Shown here: positions 30,246 through 39,089 of the stretch, piece after piece | Numbering within the stretch: the first letter of the stretch is position 1 | How the letters are laid out: each line of letters begins with the position of its first letter | From: a virus | Taxonomy: Duplodnaviria > Heunggongvirae > Uroviricota > Caudoviricetes | Reading direction: 5' to 3' (one strand) | IMG/VR virus record: IMGVR_UViG_2568526230_000009 | Length of the DNA: 44,644 bases | The notes under the pieces: model-generated | What the model saw: only the letters and a program-made list of their open reading frames with translations | Database searches by the model: none | What the model was told of the DNA's origin: nothing | Position numbers and translations under genes: made by a program

Positions 30246-31169
30246 ATGAGATTAAAATACTCAGTACTCTTACTCGCCATTGCCCTTACAGGCTGTGATA
30301 ACAAAAAAGATGAGATCGGTTGTTCTTCGGAAATAACCCAGTCAGCTCTCATGGATTTATTAAAAAAATCTGCTTATGAAGGACTCTCTGAACAGGTCGA
30401 TAAATACCCTGATGTCACTAATCAGACCAAACGAAGCACACTGGACAAGATCAAACTAGCCATCTCTGAGATCTCCACAACATCAAGTGACACGGGCAGC
30501 ACAATGAAAACTTGTGAAGGGACCGTGACGATGACTCTATCTGCGAACGAGTACGTCCAGCTTTCAGATGCTTACAGAAAGAATTTTAATCGTAATCTCG
30601 ATAAGCAAATGGAAAGCCTGTTTTTGGAGAACAACGCAAACGCCTTTTCAAAACGTATCACCTACACCGTGCAGGCGACCGACGATCAGAAAAACGTTTT
30701 TGTAAAAACCTCTACTGATAATCCGATATCAGTGGGCGCCGCTTTACTGACATCGCTTTCCATTATCACCCCGATCGTTGAGCAGCAGAAAATCCAGCAG
30801 GCTAAGGATGCCCAACAGAGTCAAATTGAAGCGGAACAACAGGTGCAACTCAGGGCGCAAGAACAGGCTAAGTATGAGGCGGAGAAGCAAATAGAGAGAC
30901 AGGCACAACTTCAGCCGCAAAAAGCTGACAACCTTGATCAGTCCCGAATGGCATTTGCGAATGCCGACTCTGATTTGAGTACCGTCTGGAGCAAGTTAAC
31001 CCCGGCGAAGAAAAAAGATTTGCTGCCTTCTCAGCGTCAGTGGATCAAAACTAAGGATGCTATGTGCGGTAAAGTTTCAATGCAGGGAACAGATGCTGAA
31101 GTCAAGAAAATGGTCGACTGCCAGACGCAAATGACCCTTTCAAGAATCGCTTTCCTCAGAAACCAATAA
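30246..31169 (+). CDS. Lipoprotein with Gln-rich coiled coil and LprI/DUF1311-like C-terminal domain
   Basis: Lipobox LTGC; C-terminus PSQRQWIKTKDAMCGK...VDCQTQMTLSRIAFL. Confidence 0.6.
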   Translation: MRLKYSVLLLAIALTGCDNKKDEIGCSSEITQSALMDLLKKSAYEGLSEQVDKYPDVTNQTKRSTLDKIKLAISEISTTSSDTGSTMKTCEGTVTMTLSANEYVQLSDAYRKNFNRNLDKQMESLFLENNANAFSKRITYTVQATDDQKNVFVKTSTDNPISVGAALLTSLSIITPIVEQQKIQQAKDAQQSQIEAEQQVQLRAQEQAKYEAEKQIERQAQLQPQKADNLDQSRMAFANADSDLSTVWSKLTPAKKKDLLPSQRQWIKTKDAMCGKVSMQGTDAEVKKMVDCQTQMTLSRIAFLRNQ

Positions 31170-31183
31170 CTGAAGTCTCCTTC

Positions 31184-31217
31184 AAGCTGGCGCCAGGTGT
31201 TAACCTGGTGCCAGCTT
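31184..31217 (+). terminator. 15-bp stem-loop downstream of lipoprotein gene
   Basis: AAGCTGGCGCCAGGT-GTTA-ACCTGGTGCCAGCTT; no U-tract, so possibly a stability element. Confidence 0.35.
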
Positions 31218-31232
31218 AGTCATCAAGTGCAT

Positions 31233-31318
31233 ATGTAACTGTTTTATATGGGCGGTACTTTGACAGAGGTATTCGGTCTCGTGCTGGTCGTGGTCAAATA
31301 CCTTTTTAAGCGCAAATA
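31233..31318 (+). repeat. Direct repeat copy 2 (orphan 3-prime gene end)
   Basis: Would encode MGGTLTEVFGLVLVVVKYLFKRK* but lacks a gene body or SD. Confidence 0.8.
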
Positions 31319-31343
31319 GAGTATTTCCGCCCCAAACAACCTG

Positions 31344-32180
31344 TCAAAATGCTGAATTAGCAACGGATATAGCCGACTTTTTCCCCATTACCATCAATTT
31401 ATCCAGTGTCATACTTCGCAGATTGTCGCTGTGGATCACCAGATACCCTGCCCGCTCAGCGATCTCTTTGAAAGCGTCAAAGGTCATCAGATGTTCGCCT
31501 TTGGCAACATGGCGCATCCCGGTCACTTTTCCATTTTTGATAGTGGTGATAAAAGAAAAATCTGGAATGGTTGGGTGATTTTCATCGAGTAGCAGGCAGT
31601 GGATGTATTCAATCGCCTCTAACATTTGCGTCTGTGACAGTTGTTCTATGTGAGAGACGGCGAAGCGTTGATGAATCATGGTGTAGGCATCGGGATACAT
31701 CATGCCTTTCTTGCCGACCAGTATATTAACGGCATCACGCAAGGGAGTACGGTCATCGGTAGTTGTACTCCGCCTCTCTGGACGCTGGCTAAAATAACAA
31801 TCTTCCAGCTTTTCGAAAACTTCCCAGGCCTGTTCTGTTTCCAGCATTTTGGCATGGCGAGCTGCGCCGCGTTCTGTCCAGAGAATGAGGGATCGGGTAT
31901 GTTTAGCAACTGACTGACTATCTGTCAGTCTGTTTTTGAAGTCGCGTAATTCATTACCTTCCAGCTTAAAAAAATGCTTTCCTACGACAAATCTGGCGAT
32001 GTTGCGCTTGAAGTTTTGCTGGATACCATTTACTTCCGTGCCATACAAACTGGCAAGCAATTCAGTAGTGATGACGGGAAGTTGGTTATGATGTAGCGGA
32101 GAAAGGGATTCCGCAGATATTTGGACTGTCATCGCAGTGGCCTCACTTAGTGTTTTTTTCATCACCACCAGCGACGCCAA
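31344..32180 (-). CDS. Antirepressor-like protein
   Basis: 278 aa; N-terminal ORF6N-like segment (ITTELLASLYGTEVNGIQQNFKRNIARF); true start may be internal. Confidence 0.5.
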   Translation of the reverse strand: MASLVVMKKTLSEATAMTVQISAESLSPLHHNQLPVITTELLASLYGTEVNGIQQNFKRNIARFVVGKHFFKLEGNELRDFKNRLTDSQSVAKHTRSLILWTERGAARHAKMLETEQAWEVFEKLEDCYFSQRPERRSTTTDDRTPLRDAVNILVGKKGMMYPDAYTMIHQRFAVSHIEQLSQTQMLEAIEYIHCLLLDENHPTIPDFSFITTIKNGKVTGMRHVAKGEHLMTFDAFKEIAERAGYLVIHSDNLRSMTLDKLMVMGKKSAISVANSAF

Positions 32181-32404
32181 TCATCTGGTGGTGAGCTGTG
32201 CAGGGTTGGCGTAACCGGCTAAGTGAACCCGGCGCTTCCACAGAAGCCCCCACACAGCCCACCATAATGCGAATGTGGCCGTGCCTAACACATAAAAAAA
32301 CCGCTAACGCGGCTATGCGTCACTTAGATATCCGGGACGCCAATCCCGGCAACCGATTTTGCGGCTGCGCGGAAACTATAGCCCCGGACTTTTTCTAAGT
32401 CAAT

Positions 32405-32626
32405 TCAATCAACTTCAAACCTCCGGTGTTCACATTCCATACACTCAACGGGAACATCATCGCGATGCAAGTCCACATATCCGACCCGCTTATACAACTC
32501 AATAATGTCCGGTAACGTGACCAGATGTTTTTCCGGTTCCAACACCTCAGCCCGGGTTACTTTGTAATCTGAAATATAGAGCACTATCCGCCCGTTCCGT
32601 GGTAACTCCAGTTTATCGCCAAACAT
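32405..32626 (-). CDS. Hypothetical protein
   Basis: 73 aa ORF in nin-like region. Confidence 0.3.
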   Translation of the reverse strand: MFGDKLELPRNGRIVLYISDYKVTRAEVLEPEKHLVTLPDIIELYKRVGYVDLHRDDVPVECMECEHRRFEVD

Positions 32627-32813
32627 GTCCTTTCCCTCCGGGAAACCAATGATATTGACGATATTACACCCACAACGATTCGTTTTACGTCACTCCGCAA
32701 TCACCATACATCCGTACCAATCCGTACATTCCCACCACAAAAACGATATTTGACAGGCACTGGTAATAGATTTTTAACGCGTGCTATTGCCTTGCGACGT
32801 ATTTTCAATTCAC

Positions 32814-33038
32814 TCATACAGCCTCCCTGCTCTCAAACGGACGAATATTGGTTGGTTCTCCACACGGGATAGCCCAACCCAGCCAGGTAAATATTTTCAG
32901 GTCACACATCGCGTCATACCGTTCGCCAGGATTCACATCCACCATGCTGCAGGCAATTTCATATTGTTCACCATTATCAGTCAGTGCGATCTGGTCATTA
33001 ATAAACCGGGGCACAAATGCAAGAAAAAGTTCTTTCAT
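32814..33038 (-). CDS. Hypothetical protein
   Basis: 74 aa ORF, overlaps next gene by 4 nt. Confidence 0.3.
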   Translation of the reverse strand: MKELFLAFVPRFINDQIALTDNGEQYEIACSMVDVNPGERYDAMCDLKIFTWLGWAIPCGEPTNIRPFESREAV

Positions 33039-33346
33039 GAAATTCTCCGCTCAAAATAAACAAACTGATTCACCGCTCCGATCGGCATTTCGAGTTTTTC
33101 TGCGATATCCTGGCGATTAATACCCGACTGATGTAATTCCCTTGCCAGCTCGATATCTTCCTGGAGGTATTTCACTGACTGGTGATAATTACCCCGCAGA
33201 TACATACAGATTTTCAGCTCGCGCGCTTTTGTGCGTACCGCTGCACCGGTTCTGCCAATAAGCTGCCCTATACGTTCAACTGTCATGCTGCCCGCACATT
33301 GTTTGATGATTACGACTTCCGCACGCACCCACCGTTTGTATTTCAT
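33035..33346 (-). CDS. Putative DNA-binding protein
   Basis: 103 aa with HTH-like segments. Confidence 0.35.
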   Translation of the reverse strand: MKYKRWVRAEVVIIKQCAGSMTVERIGQLIGRTGAAVRTKARELKICMYLRGNYHQSVKYLQEDIELARELHQSGINRQDIAEKLEMPIGAVNQFVYFERRIS

Positions 33347-33579
33347 TGTTCCATCACCCCTCTCCAGTAGTTCAGACGCTCTCTGAAAAATTCCCGGTAC
33401 GTATCTGGCGTCATTCCGATTTGCTCAATCACGCTTCCCCTCGGAATACGTTTCTCAAAGAGTTGGCGGATCAGCGCCGCCGCTCGCATGTCGTAGTGCT
33501 CTTTAAGCTGGTATTCCTGGGGCCATTTGGCGCGGTTGTGTGGTAAGCCGGGCGGCAGGTAATCTGATTGCCCGGCCAT
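33343..33579 (-). CDS. Hypothetical protein
   Basis: 78 aa ORF, coupled to neighbours. Confidence 0.3.
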   Translation of the reverse strand: MAGQSDYLPPGLPHNRAKWPQEYQLKEHYDMRAAALIRQLFEKRIPRGSVIEQIGMTPDTYREFFRERLNYWRGVMEQ

Positions 33580-33580
33580 A

Positions 33581-33991
33581 TCACGCCCCTTTCTTTGCTA
33601 TCGGAGTGATGGAACTCAGCAGCAGGCGGCAGCGACCAGGCGCGCCAATGCGCTGCCCGGTTATCTTGTCGTAAGTTTCATGCGGTGAGGCACACCAGGT
33701 TGTCGCTGTTTCGTGGAGTTTCACTTGCCGCTCACCATTTCTGCGAATCGCGATCCCGGTGTGCGTTTTGCCCTTACGTTTCACTGCTGGCGCTGCGGCT
33801 ACGGATGCCTGACGGGCAGGCTTAGCAGGGGTTGAAAAATTGCCTGCTTTAGGTCTTGGCACAAAAACCGCGCGAGTGCGCGCACGTGGCCCGACGTTCA
33901 TATTCCACAAAATGACGTCGAGATAGTTTTTACCGTCGTCTATGTGTCCTTTGTCCGACGGGTACTCTAATTTGCCTGGAGTGGTGGTCAT
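33581..33991 (-). CDS. Hypothetical protein
   Basis: 136 aa, basic central region. Confidence 0.3.
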   Translation of the reverse strand: MTTTPGKLEYPSDKGHIDDGKNYLDVILWNMNVGPRARTRAVFVPRPKAGNFSTPAKPARQASVAAAPAVKRKGKTHTGIAIRRNGERQVKLHETATTWCASPHETYDKITGQRIGAPGRCRLLLSSITPIAKKGA

Positions 33992-34029
33992 TGGTCTTTC
34001 CTCGGTTATTTCACGCTGGTCAGGCGTGG

Positions 34030-35472
34030 TTAAAATTCATTTGTGCGAGAATTATCGCTACGGGAATAACGTTTATTTTTTTCTGAGCGGTCGTTGGTAA
34101 GGCGATAAACCTCCTCATCGCTGATATCAATAACTGAGCCATTTTTCATCAGGGCATAGGCTGTTCCCGATGGTCCTTCGCGGTTCAGACGTAGCAACAT
34201 TTCCATGAGATTTGGGTCGGCATTTTCGTTATAAACAGCATCACGATAGAGGCCAATCCAGACATCGCAATCTTGTTCGATCTGCCCGGTATCTTTACTG
34301 TCGCTCGGGTTAGGCCGCTTATCGGCACGTTCTTCAAGCTTTCGGTTGAGTTGCGTCAGCAGGACCACAACACAATCCAGCTCTTTTGCCAGGTTCTTCA
34401 AACCGGTTGTGATATCGCCATACGCAATATCCCTACGCTCTGCCGATTCGGTCTTCATCAGCGTCAAATAGTCAATTGCCACCAGGCCAACCGAGCCACG
34501 CATCCGTTTAACTTTTCGACATTCAGCGACAATATGCGCAAGGGTTACACCTGCCGTGCTGTCAATCATCATGTTGGATTCGGCAATCTCCCCCGCCTTT
34601 GCTATTGCGAGACTCAATTCAGATTCATCGTTAGGGCCAAGATAAAAAATCTCCGAATTGACCTTTGCTTCCTGCGCAACCATGCGTTCAATGAGACTTC
34701 TGTCAGTCATTTCCAGGCTAAATACCAGCGTCGGCAAACGATGATTCAGAGCAAAATGCACCGCAATTTTATTAAACGCGGCTGTCTTGCCCATTTTTGG
34801 CCGGGCACCAATAACGACCAATGAACCTCTTAACGCCTGCTTTGGTGCCATTAAGCGATCAAGGCTTTCGATTCCGAGCGTTAGTCCGGCTGCATGTGCT
34901 GGATCATTGAAACGGCGCTCAAGGTCATCTATCCAGTCATCGACGACTTCACTTGCCGGACGCAAACCGCCCTTATGCCCGGTACGGGAATGTTCGGCCA
35001 CCTGCCCAATCACTTGCTGAACGGCGGTGATCCTGTCAGTAGCAGTCATATCTGCAGGCTGGATCATAATCTCCAGACAAGAATTCAACTTTTCCACGGC
35101 ATAACGAAGAATGGCTTTTTCACGTACAATTTTCGCGTAGTTGACCATTGAGGCCGGAATCGCCGCCTTACTCATTTCAGCCAGGTATGCGAATCCCCCC
35201 ACGCGCTCATACAGCCCCTTCGATTCCATCAGTTCGGTCAGTGTTATCAGGTCAGTTGGTTTATCAGCTTGAAATAATCCTTTGATCTCCCGGTAGATAA
35301 CCTGATGCGCATTGATATAAAACGTTTCCGGTTTCAGTAACGCAAATACCGCATTGGTTCTGTCGTGGTCGGTATTCAGCATCAGACAGCCCAGAACAGC
35401 CTGTTCTGCGTCAACGCTGTACAGTGCAATCGCGTTATTTATCATTTGCGCGTTCTTCCTTGACCGAAACAT
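34030..35472 (-). CDS. Replicative DNA helicase (DnaB family)
   Basis: Walker A GARPKMGKTA and DnaB-like architecture; start probably internal. Confidence 0.75.
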   Translation of the reverse strand: MFRSRKNAQMINNAIALYSVDAEQAVLGCLMLNTDHDRTNAVFALLKPETFYINAHQVIYREIKGLFQADKPTDLITLTELMESKGLYERVGGFAYLAEMSKAAIPASMVNYAKIVREKAILRYAVEKLNSCLEIMIQPADMTATDRITAVQQVIGQVAEHSRTGHKGGLRPASEVVDDWIDDLERRFNDPAHAAGLTLGIESLDRLMAPKQALRGSLVVIGARPKMGKTAAFNKIAVHFALNHRLPTLVFSLEMTDRSLIERMVAQEAKVNSEIFYLGPNDESELSLAIAKAGEIAESNMMIDSTAGVTLAHIVAECRKVKRMRGSVGLVAIDYLTLMKTESAERRDIAYGDITTGLKNLAKELDCVVVLLTQLNRKLEERADKRPNPSDSKDTGQIEQDCDVWIGLYRDAVYNENADPNLMEMLLRLNREGPSGTAYALMKNGSVIDISDEEVYRLTNDRSEKNKRYSRSDNSRTNEF

Positions 35473-36190
35473 AGCAGCGTTCGGTAATCAGATAATCAAG
35501 ATTTTTACGCCGCCAGAATCCTCCCCTGCCATTTGGCCTGTCCTCCAGCATCCAGCGACAATTGCCACCGATAAATTCCAGATAGGCCCGCCAACGGGAC
35601 TCATTGAAATTGAATTTTTTCCAGAAAGTGCGAAGGTGTTTTTTTCTGCCGTCAGTGAGGATTTTCACTGGTGGCATCTCTGGCAAAATCTCGTGATAGG
35701 TATCGAGTATCACCTGATAATTTATTCTCTGGTCGGCAGGTTGTTGGGTGTCGGCGTCAGCCGATTCACCATCAGTAATAATCTCTGTAGTATTCTCTGT
35801 AAGAATGTTTGTTGGTTTTCCACGTACAGGCCTGGTGGTTTTCCCCTCACCTGTATGTGGTTTTTCCGCATCCTTGTATGCGGACGTAAGTAGCTGGCAC
35901 AACACATCATTATCGATTTTGTAGTACAGCCTGGCAGGCAAGCCCTGTTTACGTTCCAGCAAGACGCCGAGACCACGTAGTTTTTTGCGCGCGCCCTCCT
36001 GCTCGTATCGTGAAAGCCCTGTTTCCTCTTCCCACTCATCCTGGGTTTTATATACCCAGCCGTCGTCAGTTGTTCTGTTTGTCCAGTACGTCAACTGCGA
36101 CAGAAACAATGCGGCAGTCACGCCCATTTCAAGACGGATAAAACTTCTCTGGAAGGCTATGGGTCTATCAAGTAACGGGAGGATGTTCAT
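35435..36190 (-). CDS. Replication initiation / replisome organiser protein
   Basis: 251 aa directly upstream of the helicase gene. Confidence 0.5.
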   Translation of the reverse strand: MNILPLLDRPIAFQRSFIRLEMGVTAALFLSQLTYWTNRTTDDGWVYKTQDEWEEETGLSRYEQEGARKKLRGLGVLLERKQGLPARLYYKIDNDVLCQLLTSAYKDAEKPHTGEGKTTRPVRGKPTNILTENTTEIITDGESADADTQQPADQRINYQVILDTYHEILPEMPPVKILTDGRKKHLRTFWKKFNFNESRWRAYLEFIGGNCRWMLEDRPNGRGGFWRRKNLDYLITERCYVSVKEERANDK

Positions 36191-36411
36191 ATGCCCAAAG
36201 CCTCTGAGAGAACGCGACAGCCAGCCTCATAGGCAGCGCCAGAGAGATTTTGCTCACGCAGTTTCGCTTTTTCTTCTTCGTACTTTTCCCATACAGAACG
36301 TGCAGCTGCGACGCGGCCATCGAATATGGGGCGGATCTCTGCAACATGTGCCGGGCGTCCATTCAGGTGCCAGCCGTTACGCCAGGTAATGCGGTCAATA
36401 TGTCTTAACAT
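36187..36411 (-). CDS. Hypothetical protein
   Basis: 74 aa ORF. Confidence 0.3.
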   Translation of the reverse strand: MLRHIDRITWRNGWHLNGRPAHVAEIRPIFDGRVAAARSVWEKYEEEKAKLREQNLSGAAYEAGCRVLSEALGI

Positions 36412-36450
36412 CGGTCTTTCCTCGGTATAAGTTAAACGCTGGTCAGGCGC

Positions 36451-36927
36451 TCATGCATGGTGGTCTTGCGCAGTGCGTATCACTGCTCCTCGCGTCGCTA
36501 CCAGCGCCGCTATTGCTTCGTCAATTTCCTGAATAGTTAACTCTGGCGCGAAGTGGAGATGTACAGCGTTAATCGCTTCCACCCCTTCTTTTGCCGCCAG
36601 CGTTGCCAGCAAAACGGGATCGCCCGGCGACTCCAGACGTGCCCGCCGTTCTGCGGGTAGCACGGCTTTCATCACACTGGCCAGCACCTGAGTTTTTCGG
36701 CGCGCCGCCGTTGTCTCGCCACGTAACCAGCGAAAGATTTTCTGCCGATTGTTGTTGATGGCTCTCCAGTCCACGTTGCCGTCCGCGTCCTCAAATTCAT
36801 GTAGTCTCAACTCATCATTGCGTCCCTGACTGAACCAGGCCCGGCAGATTTCAATCGTGACGAGTTCCTGCCCTGCCCTTGCCGCCCAGGTCAAAATCTC
36901 TTTTTGTAATTCCTCTTGGTTTTCCAT
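36451..36927 (-). CDS. CII-position regulatory protein (possibly YdaT-like)
   Basis: 158 aa directly downstream of the cro-like gene; family from memory. Confidence 0.35.
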   Translation of the reverse strand: MENQEELQKEILTWAARAGQELVTIEICRAWFSQGRNDELRLHEFEDADGNVDWRAINNNRQKIFRWLRGETTAARRKTQVLASVMKAVLPAERRARLESPGDPVLLATLAAKEGVEAINAVHLHFAPELTIQEIDEAIAALVATRGAVIRTAQDHHA

Positions 36928-36985
36928 AGCGTCTCCTGTCGCTAAAAATTGATTACGCTTAATCAGATTTGGGGCTCACCAACAG

Positions 36986-37252
36986 TTAAGCTGCTTCCGT
37001 TTTAGGCAAGCTGTCATCTGGGTTTGGGTAAAGATCCGGTCTAAGATCATGAGGGGTCACGCGCCATTCAAGAGCTTCAGATGTGCGCAAAACCTCTTCA
37101 CCGGGAACCCGTCCTTTGAACCAGAGGCTTACCGTTTGTGGTTTTTTCCCTAATCGCCGCCCTAACTCGGATTGACTCATTACGGAAAGAATTTTGTCTT
37201 GCAGTTGTTTATCCATATGGACTCCTTGTGTCCGCGTCATCATTACAAACAA
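36986..37252 (-). CDS. Cro-like HTH regulator (YdaS-like)
   Basis: 88 aa; SQSELGRRLGKKPQTVSLW helix-turn-helix; divergent from repressor gene. Confidence 0.55.
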   Translation of the reverse strand: MFVMMTRTQGVHMDKQLQDKILSVMSQSELGRRLGKKPQTVSLWFKGRVPGEEVLRTSEALEWRVTPHDLRPDLYPNPDDSLPKTEAA

Positions 37253-37299
37253 TAACTGTAATTACAAATTATATTTGCAATGCTCCCTACAATTAAACC
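37253..37299. promoter_or_regulatory. Rightward operator/promoter region
   Basis: 47 bp divergent intergenic region with repeated ATTACAAA and palindrome TGTAATTACA. Confidence 0.45.
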
Positions 37300-37728
37300 T
37301 TGTATCCTTACGGTATGAACACAAAAACGAAAAACATGGCTTTTGCTAGCCGACTACAACGGATTCTAAAAGACTTAGGCTGGTCTCAATCTGAGTTAGC
37401 TCGCCATATTGGGGTTACGGCTCAATCAGTTCAGGCATGGTGTAATGGGGTAACTCCAAGAAAAGATAAATTAGACAAGCTAGCAAAAGTGACCGGATAC
37501 CCTGTTCATTTTTTCTTCATGAATGAAGGGGAATATTTGGATGAATCCACACTACACCCGGGTAATTACAATCAAGAACTAACCCCGCAAGAACAGGCTC
37601 TACTGCAACTATTCAGAGGACTGCCTGAGAGCGAAAAAAATAAATTAATCAATGAGCTAAAAGAAAAAAGAGAGCACTTCGATCTACTGCTAAAAGAACT
37701 ACTTGAAGCCAAAAACCAGACAAAATAG
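37300..37728 (+). CDS. CI-like repressor (XRE-family HTH)
   Basis: 142 aa; WSQSELARHIGVTAQSVQAW helix-turn-helix; divergent from cro-like gene. Confidence 0.6.
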   Translation: MYPYGMNTKTKNMAFASRLQRILKDLGWSQSELARHIGVTAQSVQAWCNGVTPRKDKLDKLAKVTGYPVHFFFMNEGEYLDESTLHPGNYNQELTPQEQALLQLFRGLPESEKNKLINELKEKREHFDLLLKELLEAKNQTK

Positions 37729-37814
37729 TTCAGTTCAAATTTCCAGGCCAGCCGCTGCTGGCATGCAACTTTCCCCTAACACAAAAACACCTTTACACAG
37801 TGAATATTTTTTTG

Positions 37815-37895
37815 CCCCTCACTACAAATTATTTTTTAAAAACACATTGACCATTACAAATACAAATTGTAAAGTCACTTTCATCAACAACGCTT
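37815..37895 (+). promoter_or_regulatory. Leftward operator/promoter candidate
   Basis: ACTACAAATTAT and CCATTACAAATACAAATT motifs like the rightward operator; TTGACC-17 nt-TAAAGT. Confidence 0.4.
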
Positions 37896-38738
37896 ACCCA
37901 GCGGCAGTTGTTCAGAAACACGTTCTGACAGCCGGAAAGACGGCACCAAATTTTGCGCGTCGGCGCCAACACGGTGACAGAGGGAAAGACTTCACCGGCA
38001 TATGGCACATGTGTCGAAGCGGTCTGGATGGAAGCGGAGCCTTAACGCGTTGTCTCCATAGCAGGTAGCCGGAATGTGCAAGCCACAGCCAGGTATGAGC
38101 GATTGATTCACCATCAAGGCGATACGGTGTGACCACCAGGGAAGAGTCCTGGCTACAACACGAGAGCGCACTTCATCGACTCAACTTTGAGCTTTGTCGT
38201 TAAATTTTGAAATGGCGGAGTGCGCTCCCGGTTGTGGTGAACAGGTGTTTAACGGGAACTCCCTGCCCGTTACCCGGTTCGATTCCGGGCGCCCATCATC
38301 AATTTGCTGTGTTTAGTCTTTGCCCAGTCCGCACGATGGGCCATTTTTTCACACAGCCAGGTTTTATCGCTGTGCCTGAGTCCCCAACAGGAGAGGCCAA
38401 ACCCGCAGCGTGACACCAGGGAAAGACCGGAGGAAGTACCACGCCTGACCAGCGTTGACCATGAGCCTGACCAGCTCAAAACAGGAAAGACCAGCCCGGG
38501 CCTGACCAGCCCTGTACGGTCGTAATGGAAACATAACGACGCCGGAAACGTAACCGGCACCCTTTAGATAGCAAAAGACCCGCACAAGGCGGGCCAGTTA
38601 CCCCGAACGGCGACCAAACCATTCGGATTTATCACAAGTGACCAAACTTGTGATGAGGAAAGACCAACGACACTGACGCTATGGAAGCTGATCAATATTC
38701 GCTGATCGGCTCTGAGTATACATTACCAAGGAGTCGCT

Positions 38739-39059
38739 ATGGAAGCGCGCACCATCCCAGTAACACTCTTTATTCATTATGCAACTTCAACTTTCAGCCA
38801 CGAAAAGCTGCTTGTTGCGACTGTTGATATGTCAAAAAATTTTCCAGACAGGTACATCCTTCTGGAAAGCCGCGAAATTGAAATTACCGTTAACCAGCCC
38901 GAGCCAATCGACATCATCGGTTTACAGGTCGAGCAACTGCGTGAACAAAAACAGAAAACAGTCGCCGACGCCCAACAGCGTATTGCTGCTATCGATGACA
39001 AAATCCAGCAGTTACTTTGCATCGAATACACGCCAGATACCGATGAGCTCCCCTACTAA
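38739..39059 (+). CDS. Hypothetical early protein
   Basis: 106 aa; AAGGAG SD 7 nt upstream. Confidence 0.4.
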   Translation: MEARTIPVTLFIHYATSTFSHEKLLVATVDMSKNFPDRYILLESREIEITVNQPEPIDIIGLQVEQLREQKQKTVADAQQRIAAIDDKIQQLLCIEYTPDTDELPY

Positions 39060-39089
39060 AAACCACTGACCTGTAATGAGGAAAGACCA

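Noticed and set aside
31248-31318. 23-codon ORF in the second repeat copy as a functional micro-protein
   Set aside because: No SD and sequence is simply the duplicated 3-prime end of the gene at 27292-27897; more likely a recombination scar.
38273-38297. tRNA gene suggested by a T-arm-like CCCGG-TTCGATT-CCGGG
   Set aside because: No acceptor stem pairs properly with upstream sequence and there is no CCA; kept only as a note within the leader-region finding.
37703-38585. Overlapping 60-120 aa ORFs on both strands (37703..38068, 38270..38560, 38304..38525, 38364..38585 and others)
   Set aside because: Mutually overlapping, no SD or start context, atypical composition; likely chance frames in non-coding DNA.
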